Origin: Lama glama
Lineage: Eukaryota
Direction: 5' to 3'
Length of the DNA stretch: 64,000 bases
Assembly: GCA_028534125.1 (NCBI GenBank)
Contig: CM052817.1
Location: 85,128,001-85,192,000, forward strand
Under the pieces are notes generated by a model. The model did no database searches, was not told the origin of the DNA, and worked only from the letters and a program-made list of their open reading frames with translations. The translations under genes and the position numbers were made by a program. Positions 1-12,046 of the stretch are shown here, one piece after another; within the stretch, counting starts at the first letter, position 1; each line of letters starts with the position of its first letter.

Positions 1-403
1 CCTGTATATCTGGGAGACACCTGGGAAAACTGAATAACTCCTTGAAATGGCCCACGCTATCACCTTTAAGTCAAATGTCCAGTAAAGACAAAAGATGTTA
101 TGAGGCAGGCTATTAGGAAAAGCACAGTAAACAAGGGTAGGTTTGTTATGCAGACTTAGTTTGTTGCCTTCTCCATTGCAAAGGTGTAGAGCTTTACTGT
201 CCCTTCTCTTCCTGGTACAAAGAGGGAGACATCCTTACAAATAGAGACTTACCTTATAAATGTAAATATCTCTCAAAAACAAGTAATTTCTACTCAGTTA
301 TCAGAGCTTTTCCTATGCCTGCTGTTTCTTAAAAATAATCAGCCTAAAAAAATCCTTATGTCAAAGAGGCATATTTTGGTAAGGCAAATTCTGATCACCT
401 TCA
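1..403 (-). mobile_element. ERV1-class LTR, MER34-like, truncated by the window start
   Basis: Reverse complement from 403 reads TGAAGGTGATCAGAATTTGCCTTACCAAAATATGCCTCTTTGACATAAGGATT, which resembles the MER34-family LTR 5' end (recalled). Confidence 0.7.
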
Positions 404-558
404 ATAGCATCCTTAATGAAATGTAAGATTTAATATTTACATATATAAAAGAATTAAAGGAGATAATACATTTGCTTTGAATTTTTAATTTTATAATTTG
501 AATAAAATCAGTAGTTCTCTTGTATGATTTATTTTAGATAAACCTTAGTAGTTTGTAT

Positions 559-1283
559 TGTAAGGACAAACATAAATTAAAAACTAGAGGCTTAATTCTC
601 CCTGTTAAAAATGGGGGAAGAGACTTCATTCCCTTTCTTTTTCTCAGAGCATTTATTTTAGGAAGCTTGTAATTGCAGCAGTTTCTTATCTCTTTCAAAT
701 GTATATAAATCCTTTTGAAGACTAAATAGGCCTTTTGTTAGTTGGCCTTTTGTCAGCTTTATGCCCCAGGATAGTTTTTCTCAAGAACCTGAAAGCCATC
801 TCCTAGAAATGCTAGCATCAAGGGAGATAGGACTCCTAATCTCTCAGTTTCTGTGGAAGAGTAGGAGCCTGACTTCTTGGTGGCCACCTTGCTCCAAGAT
901 GCAAAACTATCTCTTGTCATAAAAATGAAAAGTTTGTTATTCTTTCAGATAAAACTAATTAGCTAACACAGAAGGTCAGTACAATTACCAGGTAAAGTTA
1001 GTATGAATAATGTGTGACAATTGGTGTTGCCAATTCCTCTGACTTGAGAACTAGTTATTATTTACCTTAAAATTTTTGATATAATGGTTTGTATCTGCTT
1101 GGCTATATAAAACAGTAACATTTCTTTTTGCCTTTGCAATCTCTTAGCTGACTGCCTGAGATGCTCACTGCATTCTGGTGTAATGCTTATTCAGTAATAG
1201 AAGGGTTTTCTTTCTCTATAAACTTCGTGGAGAGGATTTCTAGGTTGTGAGAAGATTTTGTTTTTAATTATATGTCCCCAACA
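559..1283 (+). mobile_element. Solo ERV1-class LTR
   Basis: TG...CA termini, near-4-bp TSD (GTAT 555-558, GTCT 1284-1287), TATA-like CTATATAAAA at about 1103 and LTR-like composition. Subfamily not assigned. Confidence 0.7.
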
Positions 1284-4200
1284 GTCTTTAACCAGAATTC
1301 AGATTTGATTTTCTTGCTTTGGATTTTCTTCCTACCAACTCAATTCAGCTTCAACTGTTGCTCTGGGCAAGAATCAAATTCCTATACTAGTTATCAATTC
1401 CTATTGATATAGTTGCAATTTATCTTCATGATCGTTCATTATTCATTGAAGATAATTGTATACCTTATAGCATGCCACTTGTTTCAAATAAAGCATTCAA
1501 GCAAGACAAAGAGAAAAACTATCGGGAATTTTAATACTTTGTAAAATAAGGAAGCAAATCCTTTAGATGAATTTCCATTTTAAAAAATCCATGAAGTAGT
1601 GTTTTAGGCAATAAAAATTGCTTTCTTTGGCAACATTTATGGCTAAACCAGTGTTAAAAAGAAGTGTAAAACTAATAGAATACTAGTCGGAATTCTATCA
1701 TTCCATTTGTGAAGGAAACTATATCATTAAAAAGGATTTATGCATCTATCCCATTAAAATAACATTTTCTTTTCAAAGAAAAAATGAGAAGACAGAGACT
1801 TTTGACTTTCCCATGGAAATAACCACATTAAAATAATAATTCATGGTGAGTCTATGTATTTTAAAGTATCTTTCCTTGAAATACCCTTGAAGTTGTTCTT
1901 TAATCAATAGTTTCATTAGACATTTCTCCATCTGTGATCATCACGTACATATGTGAGTGAGAAAACCTGTTCTGTGAAGTGATACTTTAATAATTATTTT
2001 TAAATTGTGTCTGGATGGAAGGTTATATATCTTCAATTTTGCAAGATTTTCTTAAAGACCAATTAAAATACAAAAATATATTTGCCTTCTATAAATGGCA
2101 ATATTTCCACCTTTTAAAAATATAGATGATTTTTCTTATTGTACTAAATGTACTTAGAATAACAGCCATAAAACATCCATAGTGCTTTTCTAAGTTTTAT
2201 TATTCTTGCTATGTTTTTGTTACAAAATTTTATGTAGAAACATAAATTAAAGCCCATTGACTCGCCTTCAGTTCTTTAATATAGTTTGGAAATCAGTCTT
2301 AAAGCATAGATTTGATTTTTTAAGAAAAGAGGGGTTGAAAGAATAGCATATATAATCTGAGTTATCTTAATGATCTGCACTTTATGCTTTCTGGGCCTTC
2401 TAAATGATTAGGTGCTGACGGTTAGATTGGATGTCATTCAAAAGACAATTTTCCTTGGACTGGCAATAATATCAGAGACTGGCCTAAGACCTCAAAGTCA
2501 TAAGTTATTAACAATCTGTCTTCAGAAGAGATGTCATTGTATAAAAATCTCTAAGGTTAAAGGAAGAGATTCAAGTTGCATTAAACATCTTTTACCTCCC
2601 TTGTTTGAGGAGAGGTATACAGCAAATTTTCTATTCTTATTTCTTCTGGAAAATTTCAAGATGAATTGATTGTGAAACTTATTACTTCTAGGAGATTGAC
2701 ATGTGCACACTGATTTGACTTATACCAAGTATACTTTTTACATGCAATCAAACTTCATTAATGAAATCTGTGTTCTAAGTATTGAACCAGGTATACTTGG
2801 GTGCTAAATTAAAGGCTGTGTCAGGTTCTACTATTGAAAATAAGAACTTCTTCATTCATCAGTATACTTTGATTTACATACTCAGATTTTTAGATGTAGC
2901 TTTGATACCATACTGAGTTATCAATTTGAAGGGTAACTGGAATTGTAGTCCTATACAGTTGGAAGGATCCTAAGAAATTTAGTTGGTTTCCTCCTTCATT
3001 CAGAACTACATTATCTCAAATATGTGAGAATACTTCCAAGACTGTTTTCAAGAATAACAATCCATTCTAGTGTGTAGCAACCTTGCGTCTAAGGAAATTG
3101 TTCATATAGTCAAATCTGTTACAACAAGAAACTTCTTTACTTATAATCTCTTACATGGAGTATAATTTTTTGAAAGCTTTTTTGATATAGTCTGAGAGTT
3201 ATATAGTTTATAGACCTCAACTTGTGACTTTCCTATTTGACTAAGCAAATTCTTTTAGTTCCATTATTTTAGTCATTGGAAGATAAATATGCTTAATTTA
3301 TTTGTCAAGACATATCTTAACTTTGAAATAATTTCTTGACTTCTAATCATAGTCTGATAGGTATATTGCATTTCTAGGGAAGTCATATAAATTTTTTAAA
3401 TTTCCCTTTTTTTTACTTAAAGAGTTCTTTTCTAAAAGGAATAAACTTAATGCTTGTTAATACTTGTCTAAATGTTTAATTTTTTTTAGTAAACTAAGTG
3501 TACTCTAGTGCTTAGATGTTTATTTTTAAATTCTCCAAATTAAGACATTTTAGGGAGCAAAATATTTTTTGTTTGGTAAAGGTTGGATCTACATATTTCA
3601 TAACTAGTAGTTTTAAATGCATAATTGCTATACAAGACTTCAGATATTTAATAATTATTCTTACTCTGGTAAATACCCAGACTGATGATAAGATTCTTTT
3701 TCTGTAACATCTTCAACTAGATTTTATGTTCTGATCTTAGGGAGGCCAACTTGGTTTTATATGTCATCAACATGCTGCAAATAGTGAAATAATCATTTAC
3801 AGTTATCTACCTTACTTTCATACCATCCATAACAAAATAGAAAAGAAATTAGACTGATCAAACTAAAAAATTATTAGTATTTTTATGTGCTGTGAACTCC
3901 ATTGTGGGGATTACTTAGAGGCCCCATGGTGTTGGCTCCTGAGTTTGTTATAATTCCCATAGTGCTCTGCTAAGAAGGGCTTTAAGCAGTTTTTAAAAAT
4001 TGTTTAATTTCTTTTCTATCTAAAATAACAATTGGAGGTTAGTAGGAATCGTTAGATCCCTATTATGTCCAAAGCTTAGGAGTAATTAAACATGATTGTG
4101 TTCTTTTCCAAGGCTGAGTAGGAAAGGTCCTCATGTACAGGTGTTTGTCTTGGAGAAAGTAACTGATGAATAGTGCACACAGGGAAGCAGCAGTGGCATG

Positions 4201-4633
4201 GCAAACAAGGAAGTACTGGAAAGGAACATTTTAAGCAAGAGAGGAAAACAGCATGGTCTTGGAAACTATTTACTGTTATATATCTGAAATGGGCATAGGT
4301 TTTTAAATATATGTATGAGTATAAATACCATAACATTATTGATATTCATATCTGATTTAGATATGCATTTCACACCTAATATTTAAATTATGATTTAATT
4401 ATTACTGTTTTAATTTACATTATTTATTTTAAAGGTCATTGTACATATATTGTTAGATATTTTTATAGCTTTCATTCTACATTTGCCAATGCATATTTTA
4501 TATAGGCAAAGAGAAAACATTCTACCAAGTATAACAAAATTTCACTGTAAAATTTGAAGAAAATTAGCTAAGATTTTGCCCAGAACTAATATCATTAGTG
4601 TTTCATTGAATGTATCATGAATCTACAATTCTA

Positions 4634-4934
4634 TAGGTCCAAAATCCATTATCTACAATGCTGCAATCCTGAAGTATGAAAACCAAAAATATTTTGAAAG
4701 TAATTTTTAATAGAACATTTCCCAAATGGATATCACTATTTACAGTGTTTATCTCTCTTCATACATTTCACTGCATATATATTAAGTTTTGATTACTGTG
4801 TGGAGTGCCAACCGCTCTGTGAGAATTACACAATACACAATATTTGCATCAAATTAACCTTACAAAACTTGCTAACTTCTAAATTACGAAGCACATCTAG
4901 CCCCAAGGGTTTTAGATAAATAACTGGAACTTGT
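4634..4934. mobile_element. Tigger/TcMar non-autonomous DNA transposon (MER46C-like)
   Basis: Left end TA+TAGGTCCAAAATCCATTATC. The right end reverse complement TTATCTAAAACCCTTGGGGCTAGATGTGCTTCG resembles MER46C termini. Confidence 0.55.
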
Positions 4935-5289
4935 GTTATTTAAACCAAGGTGAGACTAAATCCTACTGTCTGAAGTTGCATATCTGAATGTATTTGTACA
5001 CCATCAATTTGTTATTGAAGGTCATAGAGAAAAACAAAGTATAAAAGCTGGAAAGTAGTTAGAAGTTACACACTTCAATCATGAGCCCTTGTTTTTAGCA
5101 AAAGAAACTGCTGGCCAAACAAGTAAATTATTTTGTTTAAAATCATGCAGCCAGTAAGTGAACGATAAAAAGACTGATTCCAACTCTCCATGCTATTATC
5201 ACCTGTTATAAAAAAATAAAAAGTAAAGGGGGGGAAAAAAGCAAAGGGGAAAACTTGCTATGGCAGCAGCAGAAGAAAAATGTGGAGAG

Positions 5290-6300
5290 ATCCTATAATT
5301 CAGTTGGGGAAATGGTGCTGGAACAATTGGATATCCATGTGGAAAAATGGACTTTGACCTCTACCTCACATCATACACAAAAATCAATTCAAGATGAATC
5401 ATGGCCCTAAGTAAAAAAAAGTAAATCAACAAAGCCTTAAGAAGAAAACACAGGAGATTGTCTTTCTTACTTTTCTATAGACATAGATTTCTTAAGTAGC
5501 ATTAAAAAAGTACTAACCATATAAGGAAGACAAAGGATAACTTGGACTTTAAAAAAACACTAAATTTCTTTTTATAAAATGACACAATAGAGGTAATTAT
5601 AAAATATATAACAGGAAAAAAAGTCTACAAATGTTTGACAAACATATCTAGAATATATAAGGAACTTACCAGAGATCAATAAGAAAGATAAATCATCATA
5701 TTAAAAACACACACACATAGTGGAATTCATTTCACAAGAAAGGGTAGGCAAAAAAAAAATTATCAAATGAAAAAGGGCCTCAAAATATTAATCATCAAGG
5801 TCCTGCAAATTAAGCCATAATGAGATAGCACTAAACTCACCCAAATTGTGGAATCTAAAAAGACAGATAATACCAAGTTTTATCAAGCTAGTGGAGAAAC
5901 TGGACCATTGCCATATTCTGGAAGGAGTATACAAGTACAATCACTTTGGAACACTGGCAATATTTGCTAACCTTAGATATGCATGGATGAATCTCATAGA
6001 TGTTTTAGTGACTGAAAAAGAAAAAAAATCCAAAACAAAAGGGAATCTACTATATGATTTCAGTTATATAAAGTTCAAGACTGGGCAAAAGTAATGAATT
6101 GTGATAAAATTTAGAATAGTGATTGCCCTGGAAGACACATAGACTGGGAAGGGACACAAGGTAAATTTATAGGGTAATGGAAATATACTGTATCTTGATC
6201 TGGGTGATTAAGTGGGGATGTATATGTTCAAACTTCTCCTTGAGCTGCAACTTAAAATTAGTCACTTAAAACACTATATTTATAATGTACCTAAATGAAA
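5290..6300 (+). mobile_element. Old LINE-1 (L1MD/L1ME-type) ORF2 3' end and 3' UTR, degenerate
   Basis: AAATGGTGCTGGAACAATTGGATATCCATGTGGAAAAA...CTCACATCATACACAAAAATCAATTCAAGATG is typical of the L1 ORF2 C-terminal region. ORF 5846-6094 derives from it. Confidence 0.8.
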
Positions 6301-6880
6301 AGGTGGAAAAAAATGCAGTGGAACCTAATTAAGGTCATTTCAATTTGAAATTCTAGAACACAATTCACAGATGAAATGGTACTTCAACTAAGCATTCACT
6401 CAATAACAGCATTATGTTTCTTCTATTTGCCAGCCACTTATTAGGTATTATGAATACCTGGAAGGTAACACAGTTGTCACCCTCAAGGAGCTTAGACTGG
6501 TGGTCATGAATGGTGAATACGATGCCTGTATGTATACAAGGGGAGATGATTCCACTCTGGACAAATGGGTTGTAGTAATAAAGTACAGAAATGTGTGAAT
6601 TATTTGAGAAATTAAATATAGTTCAGTTTGATGGATTACAGGTTTCATTGAATAGTTTGATAATGCTAAATCCAAGTTTCTCTACCTTGTATAGGAAAAC
6701 ATTCAATGTCTTTCTTTGTCTTTTTCTTCCTTCCTTTTGTTGTTTTTTTTCTTCAATAAACTTGCATTTAATCCCCAAGTCACAATTTATATACTCTAAT
6801 GGGCTCATTATATTAGTGTGATTTTTTTTTGTATCATCAGAAAGAGGAGATTTAACAAGATTCTAAATTCCTAAGTAACT

Positions 6881-6928
6881 AACTAACCACAAACTGAAAC
6901 GCAAAACTAACCACAAACTGAAATGCAA
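6881..6928. repeat. 24-bp tandem duplication
   Basis: AACTAACCACAAACTGAAACGCAA followed by AACTAACCACAAACTGAAATGCAA (1 mismatch). Confidence 0.95.
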
Positions 6929-7209
6929 AAGGGTATTTGGAGCTACTATCTCAAATTACATTTTTTTTTTCACCCTGAACTCCAATGTAAAGTTCTTTTC
7001 CCTACTGAATCAGTCTGGGATGGACAGTATGTGGGCTATGATGATTCTTTTTAACACTCTATCTTGAGTCTTTGGTCTCTTTCCCCAAGCCCATACCCTA
7101 ATTCTGAACTCATGGAAAAAGAAGTGTTTTTCCCTGAGATTAGAACAAAGTTGGTACATTCATTCAACCCCAGGCCTTCCCAGAGCAGGAGAAGCCTTAG
7201 AACCACAAG

Positions 7210-7730
7210 ATAGCACGGCTTAGTGGTTGCCATTATCACTCTGAAGATGGAGAGATCTGGATTCTAAGGCCAATTCTGCATGTTTGACCTTGAGAAAGTT
7301 GTTTACTCTCCTGTCCTTCAATTTCTTCTTTTATAGCTAATAAATAATACTTATTAAACACTTACTATATGGCAGTCATTGTTTAGAGCACTCCATATTC
7401 ATTCATTTAATGTGTAAAGCAATAGAATAAAAAGGACATTATTTTTGTCCTCATTTTACAGATGAAAAAACAAAAGAAAAGGCAGCTTAAGTAACTTACC
7501 TAGGTCACATAACTTGTAAGTGACTTAAAGCCTGTTTTGAAACCTAGTCTGGGTCCAGAGTCCACATTTTTCATGACCACTATGAAACACTGCTTTATAA
7601 TAACTAGTACTGAGAATAACAATAGTACTTACTCCTAGAATTATTTCAGATACATTCAGTTAACACATGTAAAGTTCATAGAAATGCCTAACCTATAGTA
7701 AATATTCAGTATAGGTTAGTAATCATTATT
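7210..7730. mobile_element. MIR (+) interrupted by a second MIR (-, about 7335-7593)
   Basis: + MIR head and core (TGACCTTGAGAAAGTTGTTTACTCTC...), then an antisense MIR (CATTTTACAGATGAAAAAA...AAGTAACTTACCTAGGTCACA), then the + MIR tail. Confidence 0.65.
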
Positions 7731-8272
7731 ATTTAAAATGCAAAAATAATAATACTATCATTTTCTAATGAGGATTAAATAAAATGATGCATATAAATAA
7801 CTTACAAATTTAAAATGCTCACTTTATTATTATTTTACTACCTATAAAGGACAGTGTTCAAAAACAGTTTACAAGAGGGAATCCAGACACGTGTCACTTC
7901 TACTTCCTGGGCAATACAGGAGCAAGGCTCACTTCTCTTGCTTGCAGTAGTGGCAGTCAAAAGAAAACGGGGAGAATCCAAAATGAGCCTATTATGTGAA
8001 TTCAGAAGGAATTAATCTTTCACGTGCACCCGAAGCATCTACCCCACAGTACTGTGGTTTCATAGTGCCCTTAATCCATATCATTATCATTATTATTCTT
8101 GGAGTGATGGGCGGGTCAAGGGCATTAAGCACCTTCTAGTTGTTGAAGTGTATCACCAACTGGGAGACAGAAATTATTTTTGTAGTTTTACATGAAGACA
8201 CGGGGGGAGAGCATCTTATGCTACTGTCAAATCCAGTTATTCCAGCCTCAAGTATGTCTATTACATTTCCAG

Positions 8273-8837
8273 TGTTGAAATAACTTTCTAGGCACAACAT
8301 GGTACTGCTTCTGCTGGGGATCCACGTCAGCAAACCAAAACTTATCTAAGTTTGTGTCCCTGCAAATGTTCCTCGTGATCACAGTGAAAGGATTTCAATC
8401 TAAAATGGAACCACAGGGTTTGAAAAGGAGAATCTCAGGCATGCACCCTCAGAAAAATTGGCTTTAAGAATTGAAAAACTGATTTCACATAAATTCCTGA
8501 TTTACAGAAGACTGAGAGTTATCTCCTGACCAATGAACATGTAACACGAATCCCTCCCCATCCTCAACCAACGAACTTAGTTTGGACTCTGGATGGACTC
8601 TCCTGTTTGCACTCCTTGCCCATCCCCAGATGACTCTTGAGTCTTCCCACCCAAAACCAGGTTGACTATGTGGCCTCAATCAGGTATTTTATTTTTCCTC
8701 TTTCTTATTCTTTATTCAATAAAAGTTTCTTGCCTTCTGCCCCACTCTGAAGTTCTCCAAAAGAAGAGGATTCACTTCATGAAGTGTTATATAGTTTGTT
8801 TGTATCACTTATGTTGCTTTTTCATCCTTTTTAAACA
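8273..8837 (+). mobile_element. 5' LTR of an ERV1-type provirus
   Basis: Starts TGTTGAAATAACTTTCTAGG and ends ...TTTTAAACA. Shares blocks with 10469-10822 (GTCAGCAAAC, AGGTTGACTATGTGG, TTTCTTGCCTTCTGCC, CACTTCATGAAGTGTTA). Confidence 0.85.
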
Positions 8838-10468
8838 GTTTTTAGTGACCAGGAGTGAGACCCAAAGCTATATGCTAATGGCCTATGGGTCCAGGAGGTG
8901 CACAGGCATGGTGCCTACTGATCCCTTTGAGTTCACTGTTTCTCTCATTGTTACTAAGGGCCAGGGGTAAGTCAGTCTTGGACTTTAGCTCTGTCCTCTA
9001 GCATGCTGCTCTTTGATCAAAACAAACTCCCCAGAAAGTGTCTGGGGCCCCAGAAGGATTCCAAAATAGTCATATTGGAGTTTGCAGTGTGTGATAGCCA
9101 CCGAGGGACTCACAAAGCTCTGAGATAAATCCACAGCATAAACCACTGAGGGGCTTGGAAAATAAATGAAGACAAGGAATTTGGTCTGTTTTGACTACCA
9201 CAGTCAAAATCTAAGTAAGCACAAGCTATACTACTAAAATCCATTAGGGTGTCCAACACTATAAATAAATATTCTCATGAAAGGAATAATAGATCTGTTG
9301 CAAATGGGAATCTTGGAAGCCAAAGATAAAAAATTGGTGGGCCTGGGTCAAGTGCTTAAAAGCTGTTAGAACACTCACTACCTGACTTTAAAATCCCTAT
9401 GCTATGATAAGTTGGTCACAGAATGAGTTTGATTGACAGTGGATCATCCACCAACCTTAAGAGAATTTCCATGCAGTGAGGTGCACTATAAAACACCACA
9501 AAATCCCCATCCCTCAAAGGGAACCTCCCTCTGAGATAATACTGGGTCTAAGAGACCCAAGGCTTAGCTAAAGAAATGGGATCCACAGCCTTCAAAGAAT
9601 TGAGGGTGTTACCCTCTGGCACACCTACTTATTTTATGTCTAAGAACTGTGGTCCCAGAAGTTGTAGATATCTGCAAAAATGGCAAAATCTTTAGTAAGA
9701 CAACCCAGAATTATAATGAACATCATGGAAAAAGTTTCAGGGAGGCAAGATGGTTCACTTAAGAAGTGCACTTAAATGCAGGGGCTCCTCAATCAAATAA
9801 ACAGAATGGGGTAGCGTCTGCATAATTAGTACACAGAAGCATCCAAAAGGCTTCAGAGTTAAAAAAAAAAAAAACAACAAAAAACTTCATTGAATGATTC
9901 ATTGCAAAAGGCTAATGAAAAATCAGATACAAGAGGTACCTAAAACAGGACTAGAAGAGTGATGATTACTTCATTCTATCCTCCTTTACTTGAATACTCA
10001 CTCTACTAAATCTTTATCTGAATTGCCTTTCTTCTCTGAAGAGACTACCAGACTGTAAACAAAAATCTTCCAAGTTAGTGGCTTTACAGATTCACCTCAA
10101 AGGAGGGTCCCCATAGAGGCCCCTCCCAGGGCTGACAGGACTCTGAGGGATTCTTCAGTAACCTGCTATCCATTATTCCCTTAAACAGCCAAGGGAAGCT
10201 AAAATGGAAATAAAAATTAATAGAAAACCTTGCCAAAATCTGGTATATACCAGGACTGTCCTCCATACTTTGAACCCCTTTCTCTTGGGATCCTACAGAT
10301 GAGATCCTGAGAAAACTGGCAGAAGGGTGAGATTACTTACCAGAGTCAGTTCTCCTAGATCTCTGTGACTACTTCCCTGAAACCTGAAGGGGCAGTGGTA
10401 ATCAAGAATCATGCTAAGACCAATATTTTTGATCACACCTCTTGAATGGTCTGATCAAAACAGGGGAC
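8838..10468 (+). mobile_element. Internally deleted, non-coding ERV internal region (1.63 kb)
   Basis: Lies between the paired LTRs. Degenerate PBS-like TTTTAGTGACCAGG just after the 5' LTR and polypurine tract AAAACAGGGGAC (10457-10468) just before the 3' LTR. No gag, pol or env ORF recognisable. Confidence 0.75.
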
Positions 10469-10822
10469 TGTTGAAATAACTTCCTAGGTCCCAAACAGAG
10501 CCACAGCTAAGTCAGCAAACCGAAACTTAGGTAACTTTTGTGTTCCTGTAAATGCTTCTTTTAACCAGAAGCACAGACTATCCAGTCAGCCAATCCCCAC
10601 AAGCCAAGTCCCCTCTGGGTCTTCTCACCCTAAAGGTTGACTATGTGGTCTCAGCCAATCAGGTATTTTCTATTTTCTTCTTCCTTGCTCTTTATTCTTT
10701 ATCCTATAAAAATTTCTTGCCTTCTGCCTATTTTGCAGTTCTCTGAAATAAGACAGTACACTTCATGAAGTGTTAAATAAAATTTGTTTATATCATCTAA
10801 AGTGTCTCTAATGATTTTAACA
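10469..10822 (+). mobile_element. 3' LTR of the same provirus
   Basis: Starts TGTTGAAATAACTTCCTAGG and ends TTTTAACA. CCAAT at 10590 and 10655, TATAAAA at 10705, AATAAA at 10776. Flanks CCAG (8269-8272) and GCAG (10823-10826) form a degenerate 4-bp TSD. Confidence 0.85.
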
Positions 10823-11614
10823 GCAGAATGAAGTAAAAAGAAAGAAATTTAGTTTAATGTGAATCTACTGTATCCTATAGACATTACCTAGAACATTAAA
10901 ATGATTTCACCAAATATTATCTTGTAAGTAAGATGAGAGAGCAAATCAGAAGTACCTGTGGGGAAAAATATCTTTCTTGGTAGATTCTTCAATTTATTTG
11001 GAGTGGGGTCAGGCAAAATATTTACCTGTAATATGTGGGTTTTATTTTGAGGTTTCAGATTCATTCAAAACCACAGGAACTTATAAGTAACAGAAGGAAA
11101 AAAATACATAATTCTTTTAATAATTAAAATTTTATGAAACAAAGTCAAGAAAAATACATAGTAGGCATTCTAAACCAACTTAAGAAGTTTACTTCATTAT
11201 ACTTCTTCAGATATCGAGCAACTTGTTATAAATTCGATATGAAATCAAAGAAAAATAATATATTCCCTTGTAATCTTAATCTCCTTATATTCCATTTTTT
11301 TGTTTAATGTTATCACATCTATTTAGGGAACCAGACCAGAAATACGGAAGCACTTCCATTTCCCAAATCTTAAGTATCTAGTAAAATGCATACTTTGAAA
11401 TAGGTCCTCACTAAATTAAATTTGTTAAGTGAATGAATAAATAAATAGAAGGCCATCTAATTTTACTATTGGAATTGGATAGACTAGAGAAGTAGTCTGT
11501 CATGTTTTTTTAAATTGCCCTAAGAATTTGAGAATAGACCCACAAGAAAATATTTTCTTCCTCAGTTGAGTAATTAAATCAGGTAGTGTAAGTAAACCAA
11601 TGGCTACCTTGTCT

Positions 11615-11830
11615 ACGTTATATTCCGGCTCCGTTTTCCCGCCGAGTTCGGGCGCCACAAGCTCTGGCAGCGGCTTTAGAGGCTGGGAGGCAGTGGCAGC
11701 AGCAGCGGCCTGAGCGCATGCGCGCGGAGTCCCTCGCTGTCCGCCTGCGCAGTCCCGCCTTCACAGCTTCCGGAAACTTTGCTCTCACCTGCTGAGCGAG
11801 CGACTCTGGGCGGAACTGAGGAGAGCCCGC
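11615..11830. promoter_or_regulatory. Small CpG-island promoter, probably bidirectional
   Basis: 22 CpGs counted by eye in about 215 bp of an otherwise CpG-poor window. NRF1 GCGCATGCGC 11714-11723 and CGCCTGCGCA 11742-11751; ETS CTTCCGGAA 11767-11775 and TTCCGG 11623; E2F TTTCCCGC 11635-11642; GC boxes 11754 and 11808; YY1-like AAGATGGC 12006-12013. Confidence 0.88.
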
Positions 11831-12046
11831 TTCAACAGTGACCTCTTCCCTTTTAAAAATGTCTCAGCAGAGTACTGTGAGACCAATACGACTTCAATGG
11901 AATGTTGTGAAGTGCTGGGGAAGAAATGTAGTTTCTTTCCATGAAGAAACACCGTGCAGCATGAGCGCAGTGGAGAAGGCCGAACATTTCAAAGGAGCCG
12001 AAACTAAGATGGCCTGTGGCAGGGAGGCTGTCCTGAACCTGCGAAG
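11830..12046 (+). other. Putative first exon of a + strand transcript (start position uncertain)
   Basis: Directly follows the CpG island and ends at a near-consensus donor GAAG|GTAAGA (intron starts 12047), after which the sequence becomes AT-rich. Contains an ATG (11859) ORF that is open to the donor. Confidence 0.65.

Noticed and set aside
8662..8970. 102-aa signal-peptide-like ORF
   Set aside because: Non-ATG start; spans the LTR pyrimidine tract, so the hydrophobicity is a composition artefact.
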